Shown piece by piece: positions 17,484-26,112 of a stretch of DNA of 64,000 bases. The position numbers and the translations under genes were made by a program. The notes under the pieces were generated by a model. That model was not told where the DNA came from. It saw only the letters and a program-made list of their open reading frames with translations, and did not search any database. The DNA is taken from the NCBI GenBank assembly GCA_050951545.1, contig JBMNJG010000012.1:64001-128000 (forward strand), in the 5' to 3' direction. Positions within the stretch are counted from its first letter, which is position 1, and each line of letters begins with the position of its first letter. This DNA is from Limnochordia bacterium. Its GTDB lineage: Bacteria > Bacillota > Limnochordia > DTU080.

Positions 17484-18761
17484 CTAGCGCATCCGAGCGC
17501 TGGCAGACAAAGCTGCGTTCTGCAGGAGACCATGAGCGGCCAGGCTGCACAGCGCCGTCTCAAGGGCCACCTCGGTCTGATCACGGGATATGGTTCCCTG
17601 CATGAAGACCGCGTAAGGCGGTCGCAACGGACCATCGGCAGAGAGCTCGCTTGAGGAGCCCTGCACAAAGGTCCCTGCTGCCATGATCACGTGATGCGTG
17701 TATCCGGGTAGCTCGTCAGGAATAGGTCTGGCGGTGCTGTCTACTGGCGAAGCCGCTTGTACCGCTTGGCAGAAGCGTAAGAGAGCCTCCCTACTCTCGA
17801 GTACGATGACCTGTACAGTGTCACCACGTACCTCATCCCATCGGGGTGAGACCGAGTAGCCCAGACTCGCAAAGACGTGAGCCGCTAGGCTGGCACTGCA
17901 AACGGCTTCGCAAACAAGCAGCGGAGCGAAGTAGAAGCCTTGTAGCAGCAGACGGCCGACGCCAAGCATGGGACCAACCCTGGCTCCCAACCCTGGCGCG
18001 GTGATCTCATCAGCCACGCGGTCAATCAAATCAGCTCGACCGACTACGTAGCCGCCAGCAGGAGCCAGAGTGCCCCCTGGATTCTTGATGAGCGAACCTG
18101 CCATCAAGTCCACTCCGAAGTGGGTAGGCTCCACCTCTTCGACGAACTCGCCGTAACAGTTATCTACGAAACAGATAGTGTCAGGAGCAGCGGCTTTGAT
18201 GGCTCGCACTGCGTCTCCAATTTCAGCAGCTGTCAACGAACGGCGAAGTGAGTAGCCGCGAGAGCGCTGGAGCATAACGACCCGTGTGTTTGGCGAGATG
18301 CTCGCCGTCACTTTCTCGATGTCGATAGTTCCCTCAGGGGTGAGCGGACACTCCTGATAGGTGATGCCCCAGTCTTGCATAGAGCGTCCTGGCCCTCCAA
18401 TGATGCGCTGAAGAGTGTCATAGGGAGGCCCGGTGGCAGAGAGCAATTCATCACCAGGCCGTAAGAGGCCGAACAGCGAAGCCGAAATGGCATGCGTGCC
18501 CGACACCACCTGTGGTCGCACCAAGGCACTCTCGGTGGCAAAGACGTCGGCGTAGATCTGCTCTAGGGCTTCGCGGGCAGGATCGTTGTAGCCGTAGCCT
18601 GTCGTTCCGGCCAAATGGTACTCGCTAACTTGAGCACGACGAAAGGCGGCCAGTACGCGTCGTTGGTTGTGGCGACGGATAAGGGCCGCACGCTCCCACG
18701 TCTTCCTTACGGCCACACGTGATTTCGCAACGATATCAGTGGCCCATTGTATATCGGTCAA
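17484..18761 (-). CDS. ynbB: YnbB-family PLP enzyme (methionine gamma-lyase/aluminium-resistance family)
   Basis: TTGYGYND, SGTHA, QRSRGY, VDNCYGEF, GSLIKNPGG, AAGTFVQGSS.ELSADGP; TTG at 18761 after AGGAGG. Confidence 0.92.
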   Translation of the reverse strand: MTDIQWATDIVAKSRVAVRKTWERAALIRRHNQRRVLAAFRRAQVSEYHLAGTTGYGYNDPAREALEQIYADVFATESALVRPQVVSGTHAISASLFGLLRPGDELLSATGPPYDTLQRIIGGPGRSMQDWGITYQECPLTPEGTIDIEKVTASISPNTRVVMLQRSRGYSLRRSLTAAEIGDAVRAIKAAAPDTICFVDNCYGEFVEEVEPTHFGVDLMAGSLIKNPGGTLAPAGGYVVGRADLIDRVADEITAPGLGARVGPMLGVGRLLLQGFYFAPLLVCEAVCSASLAAHVFASLGYSVSPRWDEVRGDTVQVIVLESREALLRFCQAVQAASPVDSTARPIPDELPGYTHHVIMAAGTFVQGSSSELSADGPLRPPYAVFMQGTISRDQTEVALETALCSLAAHGLLQNAALSASARMR

Positions 18762-18822
18762 TGGCGTGCGCCTCCTAGAAACGGTCAGTCTCAAATTCTC
18801 CATGCACCCCAGTAAAAACCTT

Positions 18823-18868
18823 CTCCTTTGAAAATCCTTCTACGCTGCGCCATCGACATGAGCGCCCC
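18823..18868 (-). repeat. Copy 2 of 46-bp unannotated intergenic motif
   Basis: 38/46 identical to 16795-16840. Confidence 0.8.
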
Positions 18869-18970
18869 CCACTAGCGTAGTCTGGTCAACCAGTCGTGGT
18901 TTTGCTATTCTTAACCCGGACAGATTTCCAGATACGATGACATCTCGGTCTAGATGGTCACCGGGGGGCA

Positions 18971-19879
18971 TTGGTTTTGAGTGAGAGACTGCGTGTAGCT
19001 ATCGTTGGATACGGTAACGTCGGGCAATACGCACTGAAAGCGGTGCAGTCTGCGCCCGATATGGAGTTGACAGGTGTCGTACGTCGTAACGCTCAGGCTC
19101 CTCAGCCCGCTGAGTTGGCTGAACTGAAGGTTGTCGCCGATATCAAGGATCTTCGCGAGACACAGGCAGCGCTGCTTTGCCTGCCTACGCGGTTGGTGCC
19201 CGAGCATGCGAGCCGCATCTTGAGCATGGGGATTCACACCGCTGATGGTTACGATATCCATGGTGAGCTCGCAGAGCTGCGGCACCGTTTGGACAAAGTG
19301 GCGCAACGGGCAGGGTCGGTAGCGGTTATCTCGTGCGGGTGGGATCCAGGGACAAACTCACTGGTGCGAGCGATGCTTGAGTTGATGGCACCACGGGGCG
19401 TCACCTACACGAACTACGGACCTGGCATGTCCATGGGACATACGGTGGTGGTCAAGGCCATTCAGGGCGTGAAAGACGCTCTGTCTGTCACCATTCCGGC
19501 AGGAATGGGAGTGCACAAAAGGGCTGTCTATGTGGAGCTATTGCCTGGAGCGGACTTTGCCGCTGTAGAGGAAGCGATTAAGACCGACCCCTATTTCGTC
19601 AATGACGAGACCCGGGTAACGCAAGTAGAGGATGTTCAGAGTCTGATCGATATGGGTCATGGAGTGCTCTTGGAGCGTAAAGGCGCTTCCTCGGCGACTG
19701 ACAATCAGCTATTCACCTTTGACATCCGTATCAACAATCCCGCCCTGACAGCACAGATCATGACGGCTTCATTGCGGGCGGCCTCACGACAGCAGCCAGG
19801 GTGCTACACCATGCTTGAGATACCCATCATTGATTTTCTTCCGGGTGATCGGGGCAGCTTGATTCGGCGTCTCGTGTAA
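18971..19879 (+). CDS. ddh: meso-diaminopimelate D-dehydrogenase (short, Symbiobacterium-type)
   Basis: [37 protein letters not shown]. Confidence 0.93.
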   Translation: MVLSERLRVAIVGYGNVGQYALKAVQSAPDMELTGVVRRNAQAPQPAELAELKVVADIKDLRETQAALLCLPTRLVPEHASRILSMGIHTADGYDIHGELAELRHRLDKVAQRAGSVAVISCGWDPGTNSLVRAMLELMAPRGVTYTNYGPGMSMGHTVVVKAIQGVKDALSVTIPAGMGVHKRAVYVELLPGADFAAVEEAIKTDPYFVNDETRVTQVEDVQSLIDMGHGVLLERKGASSATDNQLFTFDIRINNPALTAQIMTASLRAASRQQPGCYTMLEIPIIDFLPGDRGSLIRRLV

Positions 19880-20087
19880 GGATCTGGGATGGTGATGGGT
19901 GTTGGTGGGCTGGTGCCGTACACAAGATGCAGTAGCCTTTCTCACAGTTGAGACGGCGTAGCTCGAGCGGGGCGAAAAGAAGCCCTTGACGAAAGCCTGT
20001 GCTCAACCCGTGTCGCCGTCCGGTGGCATAGCCCACGAGTAGGCCCGCCAGCAGCATGAGGGTACCCGGGCCCAGAAATGGACTCAT
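19827..20087 (-). CDS. Small membrane protein with C-x4-C-x2-C motif
   Basis: ATG overlaps upstream stop (GTGATG); TM segment [11 protein letters not shown], then G...GF.QGL...[15 protein letters not shown]. Confidence 0.6.
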   Translation of the reverse strand: MSPFLGPGTLMLLAGLLVGYATGRRHGLSTGFRQGLLFAPLELRRLNCEKGYCILCTAPAHQHPSPSQILTRDAESSCPDHPEENQ

Positions 20088-20713
20088 CACACTATCACCG
20101 TCCCTGATCGTCGATGGAAGATGCGGTCTATGACGGTGGCCACGATCAGTGTCAAGAGAGTAAGCATGAGGCTGAGAGACGCGCCAATCGCCACACATAG
20201 CAGCCCGCATAGCATAACCTCGCCGGTTCCATAGAGGTGGCACCAGTTGCGTCCGCCTGTGTGCTTGTCGATTCTCAGATCAACGAGATCATCGAGAGCC
20301 TGTATAGCGATCATCATCGTCATGGCCCAAGTCATTAGCATGGGGCCAGCACCCAATGTGCCGATGAGCATAGCTAGCAGGCTTTCCTGGTAGCCCCGCA
20401 GCCCGGAGGGGAGCGCTCGCGTGGGGTCACTCGCCATACCGACAGCGTAGGCGCCCAAGAAGAGCGTAGCTGCTAGTCTCGGAGCGAGCAGGCTGCCCAC
20501 GCTTAGCCCAGCCAAGGCATAGGGCAAGGAGGCGCTCCCGAAGCGGTGGGCTGGCGTTTGGAGTCCCTGACGTAGATCGAGCGCAGCATCGAGGAAGTCA
20601 TCCATTAGTCGTATCGCGAGACCGACTGCACATACGCCAACGAGGGTAGCTAGTAGGTTGCTGTAAGAGGAGATCCCGGCCTCTCGGCCAGCCCTGCCCA
20701 ACAAGGAGAACAC
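20087..20713 (-). CDS. Polytopic membrane protein with UbiA-like Asp-rich motifs
   Basis: MDDFLD...D and LDDLVD...D...G motifs between TM helices. Confidence 0.65.
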   Translation of the reverse strand: MFSLLGRAGREAGISSYSNLLATLVGVCAVGLAIRLMDDFLDAALDLRQGLQTPAHRFGSASLPYALAGLSVGSLLAPRLAATLFLGAYAVGMASDPTRALPSGLRGYQESLLAMLIGTLGAGPMLMTWAMTMMIAIQALDDLVDLRIDKHTGGRNWCHLYGTGEVMLCGLLCVAIGASLSLMLTLLTLIVATVIDRIFHRRSGTVIV

Positions 20714-20714
20714 C

Positions 20715-21326
20715 CTACACCCAGCTCCACACAAAGCGCTTCACCTCCTTGAAACCTTGGCTGTAAAGAGCTGAGATGGGAATGATGAGATGACCGACGA
20801 ACTCCCTGCGGATGATCTCCAATCCTGCAGTAGCGCAGGGCAGATCCATCTTGTTTGCCAGAATGCAGTAGCCTCCGCGCATCTGGGCGAATTGCGCTAC
20901 CTGGTAGTCGACCTCACCAAGAGCTTCTACGGCACCTCGGTCGGCTGCTTTGGAGGCGTCTACCATGTGTAGAATGGCGCGTGCCTGGCGCACGTTCGCC
21001 AGTGTCTGAGCCATGGCCCTGCGCACCCCTACGTCTATGTGAATACCGTCCATGAGTCCGCTGGTATCCACGAGTTCAAAGCTCTTCGACCCCTTCCCCG
21101 CTGGCAGCTCCAGAGTAATCGACTGCAGGCGGCGCGTCTGGTGGGGAGCTGTACCCGAAAGGTCACGAACAGCGGTCTCCACCGCGTAGGCTTGTACCTG
21201 GCGATTTCCCGTGGGATCAAGGCTTGTCACATGTACATGCGACATTCCGAGATATCGAGCGAAATGCAGTACGAAGAGGCTCTTCCCCACATTTGTCTTG
21301 CCGATGACTAGGCATCTGCTCACCAA
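20715..21326 (-). CDS. Small TRAFAC GTPase (G-domain only, MMR_HSR1-like)
   Basis: G1 GKTNVGKS, G2 T, G3 DTSG, G4 NKMD, G5 ISA; 203 aa. Confidence 0.85.
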   Translation of the reverse strand: MVSRCLVIGKTNVGKSLFVLHFARYLGMSHVHVTSLDPTGNRQVQAYAVETAVRDLSGTAPHQTRRLQSITLELPAGKGSKSFELVDTSGLMDGIHIDVGVRRAMAQTLANVRQARAILHMVDASKAADRGAVEALGEVDYQVAQFAQMRGGYCILANKMDLPCATAGLEIIRREFVGHLIIPISALYSQGFKEVKRFVWSWV

Positions 21327-22318
21327 TCGGAGAGTACCTCCTCGATGTCTGTTTCACGGATAAGCATGAGATCTGTACGGGTGATCACCTTGCGTTCGAC
21401 CAGGCGCACGGCTTGTTTGCGGATGGCCCGTTCTATGATGTTGCGGACCAGGCGAGCATTACCAAAGTGCGGGTCCTCACTATCTAGCGCTGCCTGCAGG
21501 AGATTTTCGAGCTTAGCCTTGGCCTCTGGTGAGAGACGATACTGGCGCTGTTTCACCATCAGGTCGGCAATGCGCTGCAGTTCACCAAGACTGTAGTCAG
21601 GGAAGTCGATTTGAATCGGAAAGCGCGAGCGAAGACCAGGGTTGCAGTGGAGAAAGTAGTCCATTTCGCGTCTGTAGCCAGCCAGAATAAGTATCAACTC
21701 TTCCTTGTGATCCTCCATGGCTTTGACGAGACTGTCGATCGCCTCTTTTCCAAAATCCTTCTCGCCACCTCTGGCCAAGGAGTAGGCCTCATCGACAAAA
21801 AGGATGCCCCCAAGAGCCTTCTTCACCAGCTCTCGACTTTTCTGAGCAGTGTGACCGATATACTCCCCTACCAGGTCAGCCCGTTCACCTTCGATGAGAT
21901 GGCCTTTGGGCAAGACCCCTAGTTCCCTGAAGATGCGTCCGAAGATGCGGGCCACGGTCGTCTTCCCAGTGCCGGGATTGCCCTTGAAAACCATATGAAG
22001 CACAACAGGCTCGGTAACAAGCATCTCAGCTTTTCGACGCTGTTGGATCTCTACAAAGGCACGGACTTCACGCACGAGGGTCTTGATCTCATCAAGTCCG
22101 ATAAGGCGATCGAGCTCTTCCAGCACCTGAGCCACTCGTTTCTGCTTTTCGCTTTCGTCATCAGGTGGTCGTAGACGCGTCTCAGAAGGCCGTCGTGGCA
22201 CGAACTGGCCAGGCGGTCGCGCGTCAAGCTGACGAAACATGGAGAATGCCTCGGCAGGAGTAAGCTGCCCTTGCTCAAAAAGTTGGAGAATATCCTCAGC
22301 GGTCCGTGGTAGGGACAC
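21320..22318 (-). CDS. spoVK: SpoVK/CbbX-family AAA+ ATPase
   Basis: HMVFKGNPGTGKTT, RADLVGEYIGHTA, FVDEAYSL, NPGLRSRF, GNARLVRN; after miaA as in other Firmicutes; SigE-like promoter at 22357-22386. Confidence 0.88.
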   Translation of the reverse strand: MSLPRTAEDILQLFEQGQLTPAEAFSMFRQLDARPPGQFVPRRPSETRLRPPDDESEKQKRVAQVLEELDRLIGLDEIKTLVREVRAFVEIQQRRKAEMLVTEPVVLHMVFKGNPGTGKTTVARIFGRIFRELGVLPKGHLIEGERADLVGEYIGHTAQKSRELVKKALGGILFVDEAYSLARGGEKDFGKEAIDSLVKAMEDHKEELILILAGYRREMDYFLHCNPGLRSRFPIQIDFPDYSLGELQRIADLMVKQRQYRLSPEAKAKLENLLQAALDSEDPHFGNARLVRNIIERAIRKQAVRLVERKVITRTDLMLIRETDIEEVLSDW

Positions 22319-22395
22319 GAGGAGGCTCACCCCCCGCTGCTTGCGGTTCACTTTGCATGTATATGCGACAGAGCGATCCGCCATGTGAACTGCTG

Positions 22396-23379
22396 TTAGA
22401 GGTGAGCGCGTCCCCTCTTCTCCCAATGCAGAAGGCGACGAACGTGAGGAAGGATGGCCTGGGAAGCGGCGTATGGGTTAGGCCAGATGCTGAGGTCAAA
22501 CCAACGAATGTCGGGTTGATTTCGAAACCAGGTATACTGGCGCTTGGCGTATCGGCGTGTTGCCTGCTGAAGGTGGGCAGTAGCCTCTTCGAGCGAGCAA
22601 TCACCTTCGAGATAGGCGCGCATCTCCTTATACCCCAGGGCCTGCGCGGCGACCGAGCCTTCATCTAGTGTACCTGCAGTAAGGAGGTCAGCCACCTCTC
22701 GCAGCAGCCCCTGCCCGATCATGGCGACCACCCTTTGGTTGATTCTCTCGTATAGCTGAGCACGAGGGCGTGTCAAGCCAACGGTGGCAGTGTGGTAAAG
22801 AGGCTCGGCGGCGGAGGCCTTGGCCAGATGCTCAGACATTGGCACGCGTGTGCGAATGTAGACCTCAAGGGCTCGCGTGACGCGGCGCACGTCATTCGGA
22901 TGAAGCCGCGCCGCGCTAGGTGCATCCACTTCAGCTAAGCGATCGTGGAGTGCCTGTGGACCTTCAGCTTCCGCGAAAGCGGCTAGTTGTTCACGCACAG
23001 CACGTGAGCTGCCAGTGTCTGGGAAGAGGAACTCCCCGAGCACAGCCTTCACGTAAAGCCCGGTCCCACCGCTCAAGATGGGCAGATGACCTCGCTCGTG
23101 TATCTGGGAAATGGCAACACGAGCGAGATCGCGGTAGCGGGCAACGTTAAACGAATCACGCGGATCCGCGACATTGAGTAGATGATGCGGTACTCCTTTC
23201 ATCTCCGACGATGTGGGTTTGGCAGTACCGATGTTGAGTCCGCGGTACACTTGCATGGAGTCCGCACTGACCACCTCGCCCTGCAACGATAATGCCAGCT
23301 CGATGCCCACAGCGGTTTTGCCTACTGCTGTAGGACCAACGAGAACTAGCAGAGGTGGCTTAGATGGCATCTCGGTCAA
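22396..23379 (-). CDS. miaA: tRNA dimethylallyltransferase
   Basis: GPTAVGKT, SADSMQVY, IGTAKP, GGTGLY, YAKRQ.TW. Confidence 0.97.
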   Translation of the reverse strand: MTEMPSKPPLLVLVGPTAVGKTAVGIELALSLQGEVVSADSMQVYRGLNIGTAKPTSSEMKGVPHHLLNVADPRDSFNVARYRDLARVAISQIHERGHLPILSGGTGLYVKAVLGEFLFPDTGSSRAVREQLAAFAEAEGPQALHDRLAEVDAPSAARLHPNDVRRVTRALEVYIRTRVPMSEHLAKASAAEPLYHTATVGLTRPRAQLYERINQRVVAMIGQGLLREVADLLTAGTLDEGSVAAQALGYKEMRAYLEGDCSLEEATAHLQQATRRYAKRQYTWFRNQPDIRWFDLSIWPNPYAASQAILPHVRRLLHWEKRGRAHL

Positions 23380-24191
23380 AAATATACCTCCTTGCGTGCT
23401 TGTCGCAGCAGATAAACGATCCGGCTCCGACGGCCTCCACGGATAGCATCCCAGTGCATACTGGTGTGTAGGGGTCCGCCCCGGCGATCTTTCACTACCA
23501 CTAAGCGCCGGGCTACAGCAGAGGCCAGCTCCAGTGTTTCGCTAGTGAGGGGCGCATAGTTGGCGAGAGGGCGTAGGGGCGCGATGCTATGGCTGGAAGT
23601 TACCGGCTCCGAAAACATAGGGTCAAAGTAGACGACATCGAAGCTTCTCGGTGTGCAGGAAGCGAGGAACTGGGTGTGCTCGGCATGACGAATGCGGACG
23701 CGGCGCATGGCAGTCGTAAGAGTCGGACCCTGGCCGGGGTACTGAGACAGACCTACCTTGAGTAGCAGAGCCAACACACCTTCCGACTCCAAGCCAACCA
23801 CGCGTCCTGTGGGGCCTACGACATGGGCACAGACCACTGCGTCGGAGGCCAGCCCCGCCGTGCAATCCAATACACTATCACCTGGGCGAAGCTGCATGGC
23901 TTCCACCATAGAGTCGCCTTCGCCGCGCCTGAGAGCAGCCACCCGATGTAATGCCATTCCCGGATGGTAGAACAGCACACCCTGAGGTGTCCATGCGGAG
24001 AGCTCCTCTTCCCTTACGATCAGAGCACCCACCACAGGGTGCTGTAGAGCCTGTGCGGCGATTTCTACGATACTGGGTAATGAACGACCAGCCCGCGGCA
24101 CATACGGTACGTGCAACGCGCGGGCATAGGCTCTTGCTCGGCGGATATCGGTGGGGGTGGGTCGCCGGGAGGTAGTGACTGCTACATCCAT
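23376..24191 (-). CDS. Class I SAM-dependent methyltransferase (RsmJ/SAM_MT-like)
   Basis: VLDCTAGLASD, FDVVYFDPMF; usual mutL-miaA neighbour. Confidence 0.85.
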   Translation of the reverse strand: MDVAVTTSRRPTPTDIRRARAYARALHVPYVPRAGRSLPSIVEIAAQALQHPVVGALIVREEELSAWTPQGVLFYHPGMALHRVAALRRGEGDSMVEAMQLRPGDSVLDCTAGLASDAVVCAHVVGPTGRVVGLESEGVLALLLKVGLSQYPGQGPTLTTAMRRVRIRHAEHTQFLASCTPRSFDVVYFDPMFSEPVTSSHSIAPLRPLANYAPLTSETLELASAVARRLVVVKDRRGGPLHTSMHWDAIRGGRRSRIVYLLRQARKEVYF

Positions 24192-24203
24192 CGTACTATC
24201 GCC

Positions 24204-26039
24204 TCAACGGCGACCAAACCTCCTCTCCAACTCGGTCTGATCAATGGCGATCATTATCGGGCGTCCATGGGGACAAGCAAACGGGTTGGTGGTCCTAGCG
24301 AGTTGGCTCAGTAACGCTCGTTGGGCGGCACCCTCCAGGTGCCTACCCGCTTTGATGGCCGCCTTGCAGGCAATCATCGCCGCAGCTCTCTCTCGCCGTG
24401 CACTGCCTCCTTCGTCCCACATCGAAACGATCTCTACAAGCAGTTCACTCAGGCCAGCTTCATCGGGTTTCTGGCTGGCTTCGAGAGGTGTGGAGCGTAG
24501 CATGTACGTTGTGCCGCCAAACTCCTCCAGAGCAAACCCCATCTCCCGCAGGGTTTGCAGCTTGGCCTCTACCATCGTTGCTTCTGTGGGTGTGAAGGTC
24601 AGTGTCAAGGGGGCCAACAGCATTTGGCTAGCCGATCGTTCATGTCTGGCGAGAATGTCTTCGTACAGAACGCGCTCGTGGGCAACGTGCTGGTCGATGA
24701 GCCATAGACCGTAAGGACTGGCCACTGCGATGAACGTGTTCAGAATCTGGCCCATGGGCGATGCTTGTGAGAGAAACCTCCGCACGGCCTGCGCCTCAGG
24801 TGGGGCCTGTTTGAGTGCGAGAGGGGCCCGCATGTGTTGTAGCAGTTCGGTCTTGTCTGGTGCAGACTCGAAGTATACCCCTAACGGGTGCTGAGCAATC
24901 TCTGGTTTCGTGTCTTGGTCCACGCCCGCCTCTCTGATGAAGCCGGGCTCCATCACCACCTGGCGGTCTGCGATGGGCACATGTGGCCGAGCCTCGGTTC
25001 GCGATCCGACCGACTGCACAGGCGTCACGTGAGGCATAAGGTTCGCGCCACCCAGACCTGCACGCACAGCTAGCATGACCTGCTTGAACATCTCGCGGTC
25101 GTCACGGAAGCGCACCTCCGTCTTTGCCGGGTGCACATTGACATCTATGAGGGTGGGATCTACTTTCAGGTGCAGCACAGCCACAGGAAAGCGCCGTGAA
25201 GGTAACATGCTCTCATAGCCTTTCTCAATCGCCGCGTACAAAAGGCGGTTTTGCACCCAGCGACCATTAACGAAAACTGATTCGTGCGAACGGTTCGACT
25301 TGGCATCCTCGGGCGGTGACACATACCCACTCACTGTGACAAAGGGACCCTCCCACTCCACGGGGATCATCCTGCGGGCCAGAGTGGCGCCGTATATGGC
25401 TCCGAAGGCCGTCAGGAGATCGCTTGTTCCTGGCGTTCTCAAGATGCTCGTACTATCCCCGATGAGATGAAAGGCAATGCCTGGGTGCGCCAAGGCCATG
25501 TGGCTTACGTACTCGGTGCAATAGCGCTTCTCGGTGGGGGCCTGCTTCATGAACTTCAGACGGGCGGGGGTGTTGTAAAACAGGCGCCGCACTACCACTG
25601 TAGTTCCTGGTGCGCCTGCCCATGGGCCTGCCTGTTTTGTGTGCCCCCCTACTACAGTGAGTCGCGCTGCTTCATCAGCGTCGGAAGTGCGCGAGATGAT
25701 CTCTACTTCGGAACACGAGGCTATTGACGGCAAGGCTTCTCCGCGAAACCCAAGTGACGAAACGCTCGCGAGGTCAGCGGCTGTGGTGATTTTACTCGTA
25801 GCGTGCCGAAGAAAGGCAGTTCGCAGGTCATCCTGACCGATACCGCAACCATCGTCAGTGACTCGGATATACTCCTTACCACCATCTCGTATCTCGATCT
25901 CTATTTGCCGGGCGTCAGCGTCGACAGCGTTCTCTACGAGCTCTTTGACGACTGATGCCGGCCGTTCGACGACTTCGCCAGCCGCGATCTTATTGGCGAC
26001 ATCTGTGGCGAGCACTCGAATCACTTGCGTATCTTGCAT
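24204..26039 (-). CDS. mutL: DNA mismatch repair endonuclease MutL
   Basis: IAAGEVVERP, GFRGEAL, DVNVHP.K, DQHVAHER, ACK, CPHGRP. Confidence 0.97.
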   Translation of the reverse strand: MQDTQVIRVLATDVANKIAAGEVVERPASVVKELVENAVDADARQIEIEIRDGGKEYIRVTDDGCGIGQDDLRTAFLRHATSKITTAADLASVSSLGFRGEALPSIASCSEVEIISRTSDADEAARLTVVGGHTKQAGPWAGAPGTTVVVRRLFYNTPARLKFMKQAPTEKRYCTEYVSHMALAHPGIAFHLIGDSTSILRTPGTSDLLTAFGAIYGATLARRMIPVEWEGPFVTVSGYVSPPEDAKSNRSHESVFVNGRWVQNRLLYAAIEKGYESMLPSRRFPVAVLHLKVDPTLIDVNVHPAKTEVRFRDDREMFKQVMLAVRAGLGGANLMPHVTPVQSVGSRTEARPHVPIADRQVVMEPGFIREAGVDQDTKPEIAQHPLGVYFESAPDKTELLQHMRAPLALKQAPPEAQAVRRFLSQASPMGQILNTFIAVASPYGLWLIDQHVAHERVLYEDILARHERSASQMLLAPLTLTFTPTEATMVEAKLQTLREMGFALEEFGGTTYMLRSTPLEASQKPDEAGLSELLVEIVSMWDEGGSARRERAAAMIACKAAIKAGRHLEGAAQRALLSQLARTTNPFACPHGRPIMIAIDQTELERRFGRR

Positions 26040-26112
26040 CGATGACTCCGAAAGCATCAGTCCAGACCTCCTTGGTCTACCGCCCCACCCCACTCACGAG
26101 AATCAGCGCTTC

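Noticed and set aside
18833-18852. AATCCTTCTAC shared between motif copy 2 and the tRNA-Trp 3' end, as a possible attR
   Set aside because: Only 11 bp match, the following bases do not align, and the intervening DNA is core genome
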